Below are positions 1-9,900 of a stretch of 64,000 bases of DNA, piece after piece. Location: the IMG/VR virus record IMGVR_UViG_3300047170_000049, positions 95,289 through 159,288 of that record. The stretch is one strand, 5' to 3'. Within the stretch, counting starts at the first letter, position 1. Every line of letters starts with the position of its first letter. The notes beneath the pieces were generated by a model, which had not been told where the DNA came from, did no database searches, and saw only the letters and a list, made by a program, of their open reading frames with translations. Position numbers and translations under genes: made by a program. The stretch is from a virus.

Positions 1-1
1 A

Positions 2-484
2 CCCCTTATAGGATGACTTAGTGAACACCTTGGCACGGTTAAGAGCAAGGTGGAGATACTTGTTGATGATTTCTTCACGGGCAACTTTAATCTTCTCGTA
101 TAGGGCATGGAGGCGCTTATGTGGCCTTGTAACGTTCTGCACGGCAAATAATACGAACTTGTAATTAATTGGAACAGCGTACATCAATTGAGGCTTACGT
201 TTAGAAATTGCTTCGCCAACAGTCGCCGTAAAGGTATCCTCACGGCCACGAAAGTAAGCGCGAGCCATCTTGATACCACCTTTAGTGTGGTTAATCTTCT
301 CTATGAACTTATCATAAACACGTTTACCATCGGCGGTGGTCTTAAGCTTCTTTGAGAACGCTATCTCCAATCCATTGAGCTTAACGAACATAGCTTCAGT
401 ATCCGTATCTGGAAGCTTCTTCAATTCTGCATTAAGCTCTTTTATGTAAATATGCACGACGTTGCTAGAGTCTTTGTCTTCCAT
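2..484 (-). CDS. sigma70-family RNA polymerase sigma factor (truncated by window edge)
   Basis: Own translation from ATG at 484 (TAATG overlap with helicase stop): MEDKDSSNVVHIYIKEL resembles region 1.2; AREEIINKYLHLALNRAKVFTKSSYKG resembles region 2.1; open to window edge. Confidence 0.65.
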   Translation of the reverse strand, partial: MEDKDSSNVVHIYIKELNAELKKLPDTDTEAMFVKLNGLEIAFSKKLKTTADGKRVYDKFIEKINHTKGGIKMARAYFRGREDTFTATVGEAISKRKPQLMYAVPINYKFVLFAVQNVTRPHKRLHALYEKIKVAREEIINKYLHLALNRAKVFTKSSYKG

Positions 485-1947
485 TACGATAGCCTTTGTT
501 GTTTCGTAGATGCGATTTCTAAAAATTGAACTTCGCCAACATCTTGGTAATACCCAATTCTAATATTGGCATGACGATAGAGTAGGGGCACATTGATAAT
601 ACGGAAATCTATAATCTTACAATCCTTCTTGCCTGATGCAGGGTCAAGACGGGTGGAACGGCCAATGGCACCTTGTTTGACCTTAGTGCCTGCCTTGTTA
701 GCCTTCCACGAAATCGTTAATTGCAGTGGTTTAAAATTAGTTCCAGTGGACACCGCTGAAGTCCCAACCACGCACATAATCTTACCTTCGTTAAAGTCCT
801 TAACTATTTGGTGGATTTCTTTATCCCCACCATGGGCGAAAGTGTAGGGCACTTTCATATGTGGGCCTAAGAGTCTTTCTTGCTCATATTCGTCAATCAG
901 TATTAACGTAGGCTTGCCATTGTTCACGGCTTGCGCTGCACACTGAGCCACCAAACGAATGACGGCGGGGTTCTTATAGAGATGCTCTTGGTTAGCTTTT
1001 AATACGTTAGTGCCAGTGTACTTACTGGGAGATTCAACGTCAAAAATTAAGGTCGAGAGTTTGGCTAGGTAGCCCTCTTTAATACCATCTTGAATTGTTT
1101 TTTCATAAACCTTCTTACCAATGATTCCTTCTAGTAGAAGGTCTGTGCCATCGTTACGCTCCTGGGTGGCAGAGAGAAACCAACGGTAAGGACAGTGACC
1201 AAGCAAGTCCAATGAGAACTTAGCGAAAAGGTCAGCGCCTAGGGTGTGGGATTCGTCCGAAATGAATACTTGGTACTTTTTAAATTCTTCTATTAGGTCT
1301 TTATGCTCAACATTTGCCAAAGACTTACCGATACAGATTAAGAAATGCTTGCCTACTTCTTTTTTGCCATCACCATATAAGCCAACGTATTTCTTGCCAA
1401 ACGCTTTGAGGGTATCGTCGTAGATTTGACGGGCAATGGAAGCTGATGGGGTTACAATTACCGTGGGTAAACCCACTCGTTTTAGTAGGAGGGTTACAAT
1501 GTAGCTCTTACCTAATCCCGTTGCCAGTTCAGCATGGGAATGAGGGTTGTTTACAAAGTGCTCTACAGTAACTTCTTGATAGTCATATGGGGTTAACGTG
1601 GGGGCAATGTTCCAAGGTAAATCTTTAAAATCAGGATATTCAACTTGGTTAGTGATTGATGTAGAAAATCTTTGACGTAAGTCATCAGCTACTCCAGATA
1701 GGGTGTAGAACCCTTTACCGTCCGTATGTAAAAGGGTTGACACCAATTGGTCTTCTAATTCTTTAATCTTCCTATTGACGTAATCCGTTCCATAGCGTTG
1801 CGCCAAATAGAAATTTTTCTTTAGGTTCTTAATTTGATAAGCAATACTGGAATTCTTGTAAGATAAATACTTCTGTAGGCCCTTAAGCTCTGACTCATTT
1901 GGGTCGATAATTCTTAACTTAGTAGGCGATTCCAGTATGAATTGCAT
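484..1947 (-). CDS. superfamily 2 DExH helicase (UvsW-like)
   Basis: Motifs ATGLGKS, TPS, DESH, SAT, QGAIGRSTR. Confidence 0.85.
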   Translation of the reverse strand: MQFILESPTKLRIIDPNESELKGLQKYLSYKNSSIAYQIKNLKKNFYLAQRYGTDYVNRKIKELEDQLVSTLLHTDGKGFYTLSGVADDLRQRFSTSITNQVEYPDFKDLPWNIAPTLTPYDYQEVTVEHFVNNPHSHAELATGLGKSYIVTLLLKRVGLPTVIVTPSASIARQIYDDTLKAFGKKYVGLYGDGKKEVGKHFLICIGKSLANVEHKDLIEEFKKYQVFISDESHTLGADLFAKFSLDLLGHCPYRWFLSATQERNDGTDLLLEGIIGKKVYEKTIQDGIKEGYLAKLSTLIFDVESPSKYTGTNVLKANQEHLYKNPAVIRLVAQCAAQAVNNGKPTLILIDEYEQERLLGPHMKVPYTFAHGGDKEIHQIVKDFNEGKIMCVVGTSAVSTGTNFKPLQLTISWKANKAGTKVKQGAIGRSTRLDPASGKKDCKIIDFRIINVPLLYRHANIRIGYYQDVGEVQFLEIASTKQQRLS

Positions 1948-2372
1948 TAGATAGTCTTCTCACGAACTTGACGGAGTTTAAGACGTAAGGGTGAGTTTTC
2001 ATCAACCACTTGTTCTAATACCGTTTTAAGCTGGTCATAGTTCTGGGCTGCACCAGGAATGATAACTGAGGGCTTGCCGTCAATTAAGATAATGGTGCGT
2101 GGAATTGAGTCGATACGAAACGCTGCCGTGAATGCAGGGTTCTTGTCGATGTCGAGCTTGTAGAATTTAATTTGAGTAAATTCTTTTTCAGCTTGCTCAA
2201 CTAAGGGTGAGAATGCCTTACAGGGTCCACACCATTCAGCGTAGGCATCAATAAAGATAATACCCTTTGAGCCAACCAACTTAGCTTTAACATCTGCTTC
2301 ATTAAGTTGTTCTACTGCAAAGGCATTGACGCCCAGAAGTAGCATTGTTGCTAATACGAGTTTCTTAAACAT
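1947..2372 (-). CDS. thioredoxin with N-terminal signal peptide
   Basis: WCGPC, IDSIP cis-Pro loop; leader MFKKLVLATMLLLGVNAFA. Confidence 0.85.
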   Translation of the reverse strand: MFKKLVLATMLLLGVNAFAVEQLNEADVKAKLVGSKGIIFIDAYAEWCGPCKAFSPLVEQAEKEFTQIKFYKLDIDKNPAFTAAFRIDSIPRTIILIDGKPSVIIPGAAQNYDQLKTVLEQVVDENSPLRLKLRQVREKTI

Positions 2373-2907
2373 TTTGTTCTCCTTTGGCTACTTGAGCCAT
2401 CAATTCCTGAGCTTTTTCTAAGGAAGCTCCAGTAAAAATAGTTCCTACAATTGGTTGACGATAAAATATTAATGTTTCCGTCTTTTCTTTGTCATTCACC
2501 ACACGCTTAATCCAGCTTGAATCTAATACGGCGAATTTTTTGTAGCCATTGTCATCGGATAGTTCCACGATGTGGGTAGGATTCATGAAATCCATTAATG
2601 CCTGAACAACAAGCTCTTCGATATATTCTTGAACCGTAGTGCCAAGTTTAGCTAGGTCAACATGCCGTGCATTGTACTCTACTTCTTTCTTATCTAAATG
2701 AATGGATTGTTGTCTCAAAATAGAACCTGCACGCTTGTAATACGAAATATCACTCAACTCATTATCAAACGATGCGGGGCTTGCGCTTATGTGCATATTA
2801 TAATCGACGAAAGCGTCACTAGTTGGCTTAATTTCAAACTCAGGTAGCTCCGATACCACATCGACAGGTACGGGAAAGGTCGTAGAATCAATTACTTTTG
2901 CGCTCAT
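2365..2907 (-). CDS. hypothetical protein
   Basis: ORF overlapping neighbours in operon. Confidence 0.6.
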   Translation of the reverse strand: MSAKVIDSTTFPVPVDVVSELPEFEIKPTSDAFVDYNMHISASPASFDNELSDISYYKRAGSILRQQSIHLDKKEVEYNARHVDLAKLGTTVQEYIEELVVQALMDFMNPTHIVELSDDNGYKKFAVLDSSWIKRVVNDKEKTETLIFYRQPIVGTIFTGASLEKAQELMAQVAKGEQNV

Positions 2908-3142
2908 TTGACATACTCACTTCTGTAGAAAAGGTTAAAGTTTTTAAAAAATAATCGGCTGCTTTATTACTCAATTCATGAATGTCTAAGTCAACAGCAC
3001 TGAGGGCACGTTTCACGTCTTCTGGGAATTTATCTTGGAAAGCCATTGCTATGTTAGCTTGCCAAACCATTCTATATTCTGGGTCTGATAACATTGCTTT
3101 AGAGATGGTATCAATTGCTTCTGCTATCTTACTATCGTTCAT
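2888..3142 (-). CDS. hypothetical phage protein
   Basis: Operonic ORF, WQANIAMAF motif. Confidence 0.6.
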   Translation of the reverse strand: MNDSKIAEAIDTISKAMLSDPEYRMVWQANIAMAFQDKFPEDVKRALSAVDLDIHELSNKAADYFLKTLTFSTEVSMSNERKSN

Positions 3143-3654
3143 TTAACTAATACCGCATGTTTTTTAAGAACAGTAATTGGAATGGCATAACCATCAGTCC
3201 AATAGCCTTCGTTAGGAATGGACTTGATTGGAGGGTTGTGCTTCTCAACATAAGCTTTAACCGTATTAATTAATACGGCATTTTCAAACATATAATAATT
3301 ACCCGTAATAGCCGACATGAAAACATAAAGGTCAGTCTTAACTGGGTAAGAGTCGGCTTTCCAAGGCCCACCCCAAGTCTTTGTACGATTATTGCTATAC
3401 ACTTCTACAAATAAATTTGGGGAAGTCTTATCTTCTTTGGAGTAAGACCCACCTTCGACGTATTTATAATCCTCACCTTTAACTTCAACAAGTTTTGTGC
3501 CGATACCAGGCAAAGTGATTTTAAAGTCGGGTCGTGAGTGCCAGTTTTCATCTAACTTATTTAAGTTAATCGCATTAGGGAATGCCGCCTGAAACATAGC
3601 TTCAGCGCGGTCACCAACTTTTTGCTGTGCTTTAAAACCGTAAGTATCTACCAT
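3139..3654 (-). CDS. PD-(D/E)xK nuclease-like protein
   Basis: G..AE, PDF, VEVK motifs. Confidence 0.55.
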   Translation of the reverse strand: MVDTYGFKAQQKVGDRAEAMFQAAFPNAINLNKLDENWHSRPDFKITLPGIGTKLVEVKGEDYKYVEGGSYSKEDKTSPNLFVEVYSNNRTKTWGGPWKADSYPVKTDLYVFMSAITGNYYMFENAVLINTVKAYVEKHNPPIKSIPNEGYWTDGYAIPITVLKKHAVLVK

Positions 3655-3896
3655 GAGAAAGATTTAACTCTGTTAAGAAGTTGTGTGACTTGCTTTAGAG
3701 ACCATGAATTAGTTGGAGTAGAGCCGCTATTTGCACACTCAGCTAAATTCTTAAAGTGGGCGATAACGAATTGACGGTATTTATACAAGTCATCACTGAT
3801 GACGTTTATAATATCTTGCTTCCCATCTACTTCACGTTTGAGCCAATACACTTGGCTACGCAATTCTTTAAGTTGTTGGTCTTTATTTTTTTTCAT
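3648..3896 (-). CDS. hypothetical protein
   Basis: ORF with AGGAG RBS and upstream GTGATATA motif. Confidence 0.6.
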   Translation of the reverse strand: MKKNKDQQLKELRSQVYWLKREVDGKQDIINVISDDLYKYRQFVIAHFKNLAECANSGSTPTNSWSLKQVTQLLNRVKSFSW

Positions 3897-3916
3897 GCCA
3901 ATACTCCTAATGTCTA

Positions 3917-3924
3917 TATATCAC
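3917..3924 (-). promoter_or_regulatory. GTGATATA promoter motif (class II)
   Basis: ATTTTAGGGAAATAAGTGATATA, close to the copy at 11841-11862. Confidence 0.55.
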
Positions 3925-3950
3925 TTATTTCCCTAAAATGCGTAATTTAA

Positions 3951-5030
3951 TTAAGCACTTGCAAGAACTTTATTTTTTACAAGGAATTCAACTACTTGCT
4001 CAGATGTCATTGGTTGGATAGGGATGGACTTGATATTGTCTGCAGACCAATGAATCATATCGCCCTTACTGACTAAAAATGCGACAGGACCTTTAGTACC
4101 TGACACATATTTAGACACGGGAATAAACCCATGAGTTATCGCAAAGCCAAATTGACCATCAATTACGCAGGGATGGGTGTCGCCCATATTGGTGCAATCA
4201 ATGGCGTGAACAGGTGGTGGAGATGAAGGTAGGTTAAATTGCTTAACAAATTCTTTGATGTTGATTTTATCATCAGGTTGTTCCATGAGGAAAGAACGTA
4301 ATAAGGCTACAGAGCGTTCTGATAATTCAATACCGTTATCGAACTTAGCGTACATATCTTTTACACGACGAGTATTCTCTTCAGATAGCTTCATAGTTAG
4401 TAGGAGTTTAAACACAGCCCTCAACTTCTCGGCCTCGGACTCTTTTGTATGTACGGATACTAGTTCCTGGTTTGCTGGTTTGCTAATTTTCTTATTTGTT
4501 GATTTGCTAGTTTGCTTATTAGCTGCGTCCGTCATACGGTCCGAGATAGGGTCCGCGATACGGTCCGAGCTTAAAAACTTATGGATTCTAGCTAGTTGCC
4601 CGTTCTTGTCAGAATCACCTAAAAGTTCGAGGATTGCGGCGTCTTTAACTTCCCAAACTATGACATTATGACCCTTCTTATTTTTGACAATTTCAAACTC
4701 TTGGAACAAACCCAATCGCACGCAATAACTTACAAACTCAGACCAGTCATCGTTCGCTAAACCAACACCTGGATTCCAATTCTTATCATCTTTAAGAGCT
4801 TGCCTGAATTGGTCACGGTGCAAAAGAAAGTAATGCGCACCTTGGTTTAGGATACAATTAGTAAGTGTGATAGCTCTTTTGACATTCAACGTGTCTTGGA
4901 TGTGGTCTTGGTAGCCAGTTCTTAAAAACAGTTCTTTTGGAAGCTTTGGTCTTTCAGGAAGTAATAACGGGGATTGCAGTATTAGTAATTCTTGACGGGC
5001 GTTTTGGATTCGTTCTGATAAAAATGACAT
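3951..5030 (-). CDS. putative replication initiator-like protein
   Basis: 359 aa ORF whose central linker is encoded by tandem DNA repeats, as in lambda O-type initiators; no family recognised. Confidence 0.4.
   Translation of the reverse strand: MSFLSERIQNARQELLILQSPLLLPERPKLPKELFLRTGYQDHIQDTLNVKRAITLTNCILNQGAHYFLLHRDQFRQALKDDKNWNPGVGLANDDWSEFVSYCVRLGLFQEFEIVKNKKGHNVIVWEVKDAAILELLGDSDKNGQLARIHKFLSSDRIADPISDRMTDAANKQTSKSTNKKISKPANQELVSVHTKESEAEKLRAVFKLLLTMKLSEENTRRVKDMYAKFDNGIELSERSVALLRSFLMEQPDDKINIKEFVKQFNLPSSPPPVHAIDCTNMGDTHPCVIDGQFGFAITHGFIPVSKYVSGTKGPVAFLVSKGDMIHWSADNIKSIPIQPMTSEQVVEFLVKNKVLASA
4469..4569. repeat. seven 8-bp AT-rich repeats plus three 12-bp repeats (candidate origin)
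   Basis: NNTTTGCT-like x7 at 4469-4524; ATACGGTCCGAG/ATAGGGTCCGCG/ATACGGTCCGAG at 4534-4569. Confidence 0.75.
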
Positions 5031-5063
5031 TCAACTAACTCCTTCTTGTGTATTACCAAATCC

Positions 5064-5071
5064 TATACCAC
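5064..5071 (-). promoter_or_regulatory. GTGGTATA promoter motif (class II variant)
   Basis: Divergent intergenic region upstream of 3951-5030. Confidence 0.45.
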
Positions 5072-5119
5072 AATTAAGTTAACTATTTTGATTATTTTTT
5101 TAAGTTTTGTAGATAAAAG

Positions 5120-5127
5120 GTGATATA
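5120..5127 (+). promoter_or_regulatory. GTGATATA promoter motif (class II)
   Basis: Intergenic, upstream of groEL. Confidence 0.55.
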
Positions 5128-5175
5128 ACAGAACTAGACGGTATCCCTTTTAAATTTACTTAGGAGTTATCTAGC

Positions 5176-6990
5176 ATGTATAAACAACACGTCAAGGCTA
5201 AAACAGCCGCAAAATCCATTACTTATGAAGGCTCACAACTCAAACACATCGTTCTAGACACTCTGCAAAGAGCTAGTAAGTTGGTTGGTTCAACACTTGG
5301 ACCAAATGGAAAACTCGTATTAATTGAAAGACAAGAAGACATGCCACCTTTCGTTACGAAAGATGGTATTACCGTTTTCAACTCCATGGCCTTCACTAAT
5401 TCGACGGCCCAGGCCGTATTAGAAGCGGCACGCGATAGTAGTAGTAAAACGAATGTAGAGGCAGGAGATGGAACCACTACAGCTACTATCCTTGCCGCTG
5501 GCCTGATAAAACATGGTTTTGACTTCCTAGGGCAGAATCCTAGGCTTTCAACCCAGAAAGTAATGCGTGAGCTTGAGCAAGCCTACGAAGAGCTTATAGT
5601 GCCCTTCGTGCGCGATAATGCACTTAAGATTACTAACGAGAACTCACAAGACCTTTTAAAGAAGGTAGCCCTTATCTCAACCAATAATGACGCTGATATG
5701 GCCAAGGCCGTGACCGATTGCTTCGCACAAGTAGGCCACAACGGTAACGTGACTATTGTTGAAGCTACTGGTTCTGGAGGCTTTGAAGTTGAGAAGATTG
5801 AAGGCTTACCTATCGCCCGTGGGTTTGAAGACTCATGCGGTCGTTTCGTAGAAGAATTCATTAATGACCGTGGGCATTATCGAACGATGTTGGATAAACC
5901 TAAGTTCATTCTTTACAATGGTCGCTTAAATGACATAACTCCTTTAATTCCCGTATTAGATAAGATTGGTCAAGCAGCTTACCCTGTAGATGAAACTGGT
6001 CGTATTATCGTGGACGCTCAACGCTTTAATGAAAATATCGTATTAGTTGCACATGACTTTAGCGAACGCGTATTAGCCGTATTAGCTCAAAACTTCCGTA
6101 ACCCTGGAACTATTAATGTAGTTCCTCTAAAGACTCCAATGTCAATGCAGACTAATTCTCAGTCCCACTTCCTACAAGACGTGGCGGCTTTCGTAGGGGC
6201 TAAAGTGTTTGACCCACTCTCTAACCCTTTAGAGAATGCACAACTTGCAGACCTTGGCTTAGAGACAATGCACTCATTTGAATTCAACCGTTATAAGTCA
6301 ACCATCTTAGGTGACCCCGATGAGCTTCTAATCATTGCCCGTAGCGAAGAGCTTCAAATCCAATCTCAAAACGCAGCTTCTTCTATGGACAAGGAACTCT
6401 TCAATGAGCGTCAAGCCCTACTTACAGGTGGTATTGCCCGACTTAAAGTCATGGGCTCATCTGAAGCTGAACTTAAAGAGAAGCGTCACCGTGTGGAAGA
6501 TGCAGTATGTGCAATCAAAGGTGCGCTTAAAGACGGTGTTCTCCCTGGATGTGCTAAGACCCTTATCTCTCTAAGACAACAAATCAAGGGTAGTGAATAT
6601 TCTCCAGCGGTTAAGTACATCATGCGTAACGCATTCATTGAACCCTTCTATAGAATCTTTGCTAATGCAGAAATTCCAACTGAAGAGGTCCATGAGATTT
6701 TTAATGACGTTATGAAAGACCAGCAATTCATGACCACCTACGATGCCCTCAATTCTAAAGTTGGAAATGCAATTGAACTAGGTATTATTGACTCAGCCTC
6801 AGCCGTATTATGCGCAATCAAAAATAGTCTATCGGTCGCTAAAATGTTAATGGGACTTAGCGGGATTGTGGTATTTAGTAGAGATATGGAAACTGAGATT
6901 GATAACGCCAAAACTCTCACCGCTGAAGAGCGTGCAATCCAAGAAGCAGTTGCTCAACGCGAAAAAGAAGATTACGAACCGAGGTCATAA
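5176..6990 (+). CDS. groEL: phage-encoded group I chaperonin (GroEL-like)
   Basis: TLGPNG, TKDGITV, AGDGTTTA, RVEDA, GVLPG, GIID motifs. Confidence 0.92.
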   Translation: MYKQHVKAKTAAKSITYEGSQLKHIVLDTLQRASKLVGSTLGPNGKLVLIERQEDMPPFVTKDGITVFNSMAFTNSTAQAVLEAARDSSSKTNVEAGDGTTTATILAAGLIKHGFDFLGQNPRLSTQKVMRELEQAYEELIVPFVRDNALKITNENSQDLLKKVALISTNNDADMAKAVTDCFAQVGHNGNVTIVEATGSGGFEVEKIEGLPIARGFEDSCGRFVEEFINDRGHYRTMLDKPKFILYNGRLNDITPLIPVLDKIGQAAYPVDETGRIIVDAQRFNENIVLVAHDFSERVLAVLAQNFRNPGTINVVPLKTPMSMQTNSQSHFLQDVAAFVGAKVFDPLSNPLENAQLADLGLETMHSFEFNRYKSTILGDPDELLIIARSEELQIQSQNAASSMDKELFNERQALLTGGIARLKVMGSSEAELKEKRHRVEDAVCAIKGALKDGVLPGCAKTLISLRQQIKGSEYSPAVKYIMRNAFIEPFYRIFANAEIPTEEVHEIFNDVMKDQQFMTTYDALNSKVGNAIELGIIDSASAVLCAIKNSLSVAKMLMGLSGIVVFSRDMETEIDNAKTLTAEERAIQEAVAQREKEDYEPRS

Positions 6991-7159
6991 TGGACGATAC
7001 GTTTTTATTCTATTTAACCTTAATAAATTTGCAAGTGTGGCTCACTTATAAACCACACCTATCATTTAATGTTAATGGTGATTTTCATTGGATATTGCTA
7101 TCCGTGGGTTGGTTTGGCTTTGCAATTAGAAAGCCTTCACCCCTTAGAAAGGATATTCA

Positions 7160-7447
7160 GTGTTAGTTCTCTATAAATGTAACTTGTGCGGTAATACGAC
7201 GAAGAAACTTTACAAGACTGGTCAACCACAGCCTGGTTTCTTAATTTGTCATTGCTCAGGCGTTCTCGAAAAAGCCCTGCCTAATGTTAATACGTCCAGT
7301 GTGGAAATCTACGATAACGGTCTTATGGCTAAGAAAGTCGAACTTCGTAAAGATGCCGCTGAACGTATGAAAGAACGTGGCGACATTCACATCAAAACTA
7401 TGGATGAAAGAGAAACGGTAATAAAAAAACATGATACTCAAGATTAA
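7160..7447 (+). CDS. Zn-ribbon protein (FmdB-like)
   Basis: YKCNLCG...CHCSG. Confidence 0.5.
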   Translation: MLVLYKCNLCGNTTKKLYKTGQPQPGFLICHCSGVLEKALPNVNTSSVEIYDNGLMAKKVELRKDAAERMKERGDIHIKTMDERETVIKKHDTQD

Positions 7448-9251
7448 ATCAGTAGGGATTTCTAGTTTCAGAGACATTGCTGATGACCAAAAAGTAACAT
7501 TCACTGACTCTGGTATTTACTCTATTACGGGTGAAAACTTAGATGACGGTGGGTCTAATGGTACAGGCAAGACTTCTTTTGTAATGGCAATCATTGCTGG
7601 CTTTCTTGGCTCTAAAGCCACGGGTGTTAGCGCAAAAGAACTAAAGAATCGCCATACAGATTCTAAACCAGTCATTGACCTTGAGTTTGAAGTTGACCAT
7701 CAACCCCACAGTATTAAACGAACCATTGGTGGTAAAGTAATACTGGATGGAGTGGAAGGTTCTGCCGATGATGTTCAAGACAAAATCAACAACCTATTAA
7801 AGCTTACCCCAGAACAATTCAAAGCCTTGTCCTTCAAAGAGCAAGGCGATGCTGGTGGCTTCCTACTCTTAAGCGATGGCGAAAAGAAAGAATTCCTAAG
7901 CTCATTCTTTAACCTGGATGAAATCAATGCAGCCAATGAAACTATCTCTAAAGAGTTTAATCTGGCAGAGCAAAAGCTTACGGGCTCAACCGTTAGCATT
8001 ACCAATCGTGAACACTTACTTGAATCATCTCGCGCAGAGGTTACGCGCACACAAGATAAGCTTAATTCAATTCACGACCTGGACCAACAAATCCTATCCA
8101 ACCGCATTGAGCGCGTAGAACTAATACGCAAAAATGAAGACTTAGCAAAGTTACTAGAGGGTGGGATTAGCCCTTCTATTGGAATCATCAATGCTGAACT
8201 AGTGAAAATAAAGCAAGCCGTAATCAATGCTGAAGCAGAGCTTGCTAAAAATGCAAAGATTGATTCTGAGTTGCATATCATCAATGAAAAAACCAAGAGT
8301 CTTAATAAGCAAATAGCTACCGTCCACGCACACCGTTGCACGACTTGCGACCAAGAAATTAATGCTGAAAAAACTGCTTCTCTAATGAAATCACTCCAAC
8401 TAGAACTGGGCAACAACATCACGGCTTTCCAAGCATTGAAGGCCAAGCGTATAGACGAGCAAAGCATTAAACAAAGCATATTGGCTTTAAAGGCTATACA
8501 AGAAAAACATAACAACAACTTAATGGAAGAGCGTCTCAAGAACGATAAGACCTGTGTCAAACAAGCTATTGCTACGAACGAAAAACTAATACAGAATTTA
8601 GATACTATGATTGCTTCAGCTAAACGCGAGCAAGAACATGCCAAGGCTGACTTTGACCGCGCCACCAAATCTTTAGAGCATAACCAAAATGAGCTTGCGC
8701 GATTAAAGGCTGAGAATGAAAAGATGCAATCGGACATTAAGGTATTAGAATCTCTCGACAAGGTTCTTTCTAAGAACGGCTTCGTGGGCTATATCTTTGA
8801 CACCGTATTAGAAGAACTCAATTACGAGACTAATGCAAACCTTTCCAATATACCCAATGCCTCTAAGTTCACTCTGCAATTCCACTCTGACAAGATTGCT
8901 AAGTCCACAGGTAACGTCACAAAGAACATTACTTTCAAGCTCTTCTCTAATGGCGATGAGGTTTCAATTGACTCCCTATCTGGTGGTGAGAAGCGTAGCT
9001 TAATCATAGCCGTAGATGAAGCCCTGGACTCCGTATTAAGTAAACGCACCGGTACGGTGTTGAATTGGAAGTTCCTGGACGAACCCTTTGACTCTATTGA
9101 TATTAATTCCAAAGAAGCCCTTCTAGAATTCTACAAGGGTAAGTCACACGATAGGCTCTATTTCATCATAGACCACACCTCTGAACTTAATGCGGGGCTC
9201 GATAACAGCATTAAACTAACAAAGAAAAACGGGATAGCACACATATCATGA
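7431..9251 (+). CDS. SbcC/Rad50 (T4 gp46-like) ABC ATPase
   Basis: GSNGTGKT, coiled coils with CTTC zinc hook, LSGGE, FLDEP, IIDH. Confidence 0.9.
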   Translation: MILKIKSVGISSFRDIADDQKVTFTDSGIYSITGENLDDGGSNGTGKTSFVMAIIAGFLGSKATGVSAKELKNRHTDSKPVIDLEFEVDHQPHSIKRTIGGKVILDGVEGSADDVQDKINNLLKLTPEQFKALSFKEQGDAGGFLLLSDGEKKEFLSSFFNLDEINAANETISKEFNLAEQKLTGSTVSITNREHLLESSRAEVTRTQDKLNSIHDLDQQILSNRIERVELIRKNEDLAKLLEGGISPSIGIINAELVKIKQAVINAEAELAKNAKIDSELHIINEKTKSLNKQIATVHAHRCTTCDQEINAEKTASLMKSLQLELGNNITAFQALKAKRIDEQSIKQSILALKAIQEKHNNNLMEERLKNDKTCVKQAIATNEKLIQNLDTMIASAKREQEHAKADFDRATKSLEHNQNELARLKAENEKMQSDIKVLESLDKVLSKNGFVGYIFDTVLEELNYETNANLSNIPNASKFTLQFHSDKIAKSTGNVTKNITFKLFSNGDEVSIDSLSGGEKRSLIIAVDEALDSVLSKRTGTVLNWKFLDEPFDSIDINSKEALLEFYKGKSHDRLYFIIDHTSELNAGLDNSIKLTKKNGIAHIS

Positions 9252-9610
9252 TAACAACAAACGAAGACGTATGGGACTCCCTAACAGATGAAACTGAAGT
9301 ATTCATTCCAATCCACAAGTCACAAGAAAACGGTGAGCCAAAGGTTGTGCTGTTGGTAGACAATACTAATACGCAAAACGTTGGCGAGGTACGTGTATTC
9401 TTAACGGATGAGGAAATGAAGAACTACTTAGCTCAAACAAATAAGAAAGAAGTGGCGTATGTGCGCTACTCAATTTTAAAACTTAATAAAAGTATGAACG
9501 TATTATTAAGTAAAAAGGCAGATTTGAGATTAAATGTGGTATTATACACATTGGATATTACTAAAAAGCTCTACCCCGTAGAGACTCTTTGGACATACTT
9601 AAGCATTTAA
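9248..9610 (+). CDS. hypothetical protein
   Basis: ATGA-coupled ORF. Confidence 0.6.
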   Translation: MITTNEDVWDSLTDETEVFIPIHKSQENGEPKVVLLVDNTNTQNVGEVRVFLTDEEMKNYLAQTNKKEVAYVRYSILKLNKSMNVLLSKKADLRLNVVLYTLDITKKLYPVETLWTYLSI

Positions 9611-9620
9611 GGAGAATAAA

Positions 9621-9899
9621 ATGGCTGGTAAAACAAAACGCGAAAAAATGGAATCTAAGTTTGACGATACGTTTATTAGCGAGACTCGTGGTAAAACGGA
9701 CTCCCAACTAAACGAAGCTCTTCTTAATTACATGAAGGCTATCAAAGAGAATGAAGATACCAAAAAGGCTGATGAAACCTTAGCCGCTCTTAAGGAACAG
9801 CTTGGTGACCTCAATGGTGGATACCGCGATGCAAAGAAAGCTATCACAGATAAGATGGACTACATCTTTGAACTGAAAAAAGAACGAGGCACGTTCTAA
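9621..9899 (+). CDS. hypothetical coiled-coil protein
   Basis: AAGGAG RBS. Confidence 0.65.
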   Translation: MAGKTKREKMESKFDDTFISETRGKTDSQLNEALLNYMKAIKENEDTKKADETLAALKEQLGDLNGGYRDAKKAITDKMDYIFELKKERGTF

Positions 9900-9900
9900 T

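Noticed and set aside
4469-4569. CRISPR array
   Set aside because: Repeats are 8-12 bp, contiguous and have no spacers; no cas genes seen
8072-8761. Long antisense ORFs (also 27312-27959, 34173-34619 and others)
   Set aside because: Shadows of well-supported genes on the other strand, with no motifs or RBS
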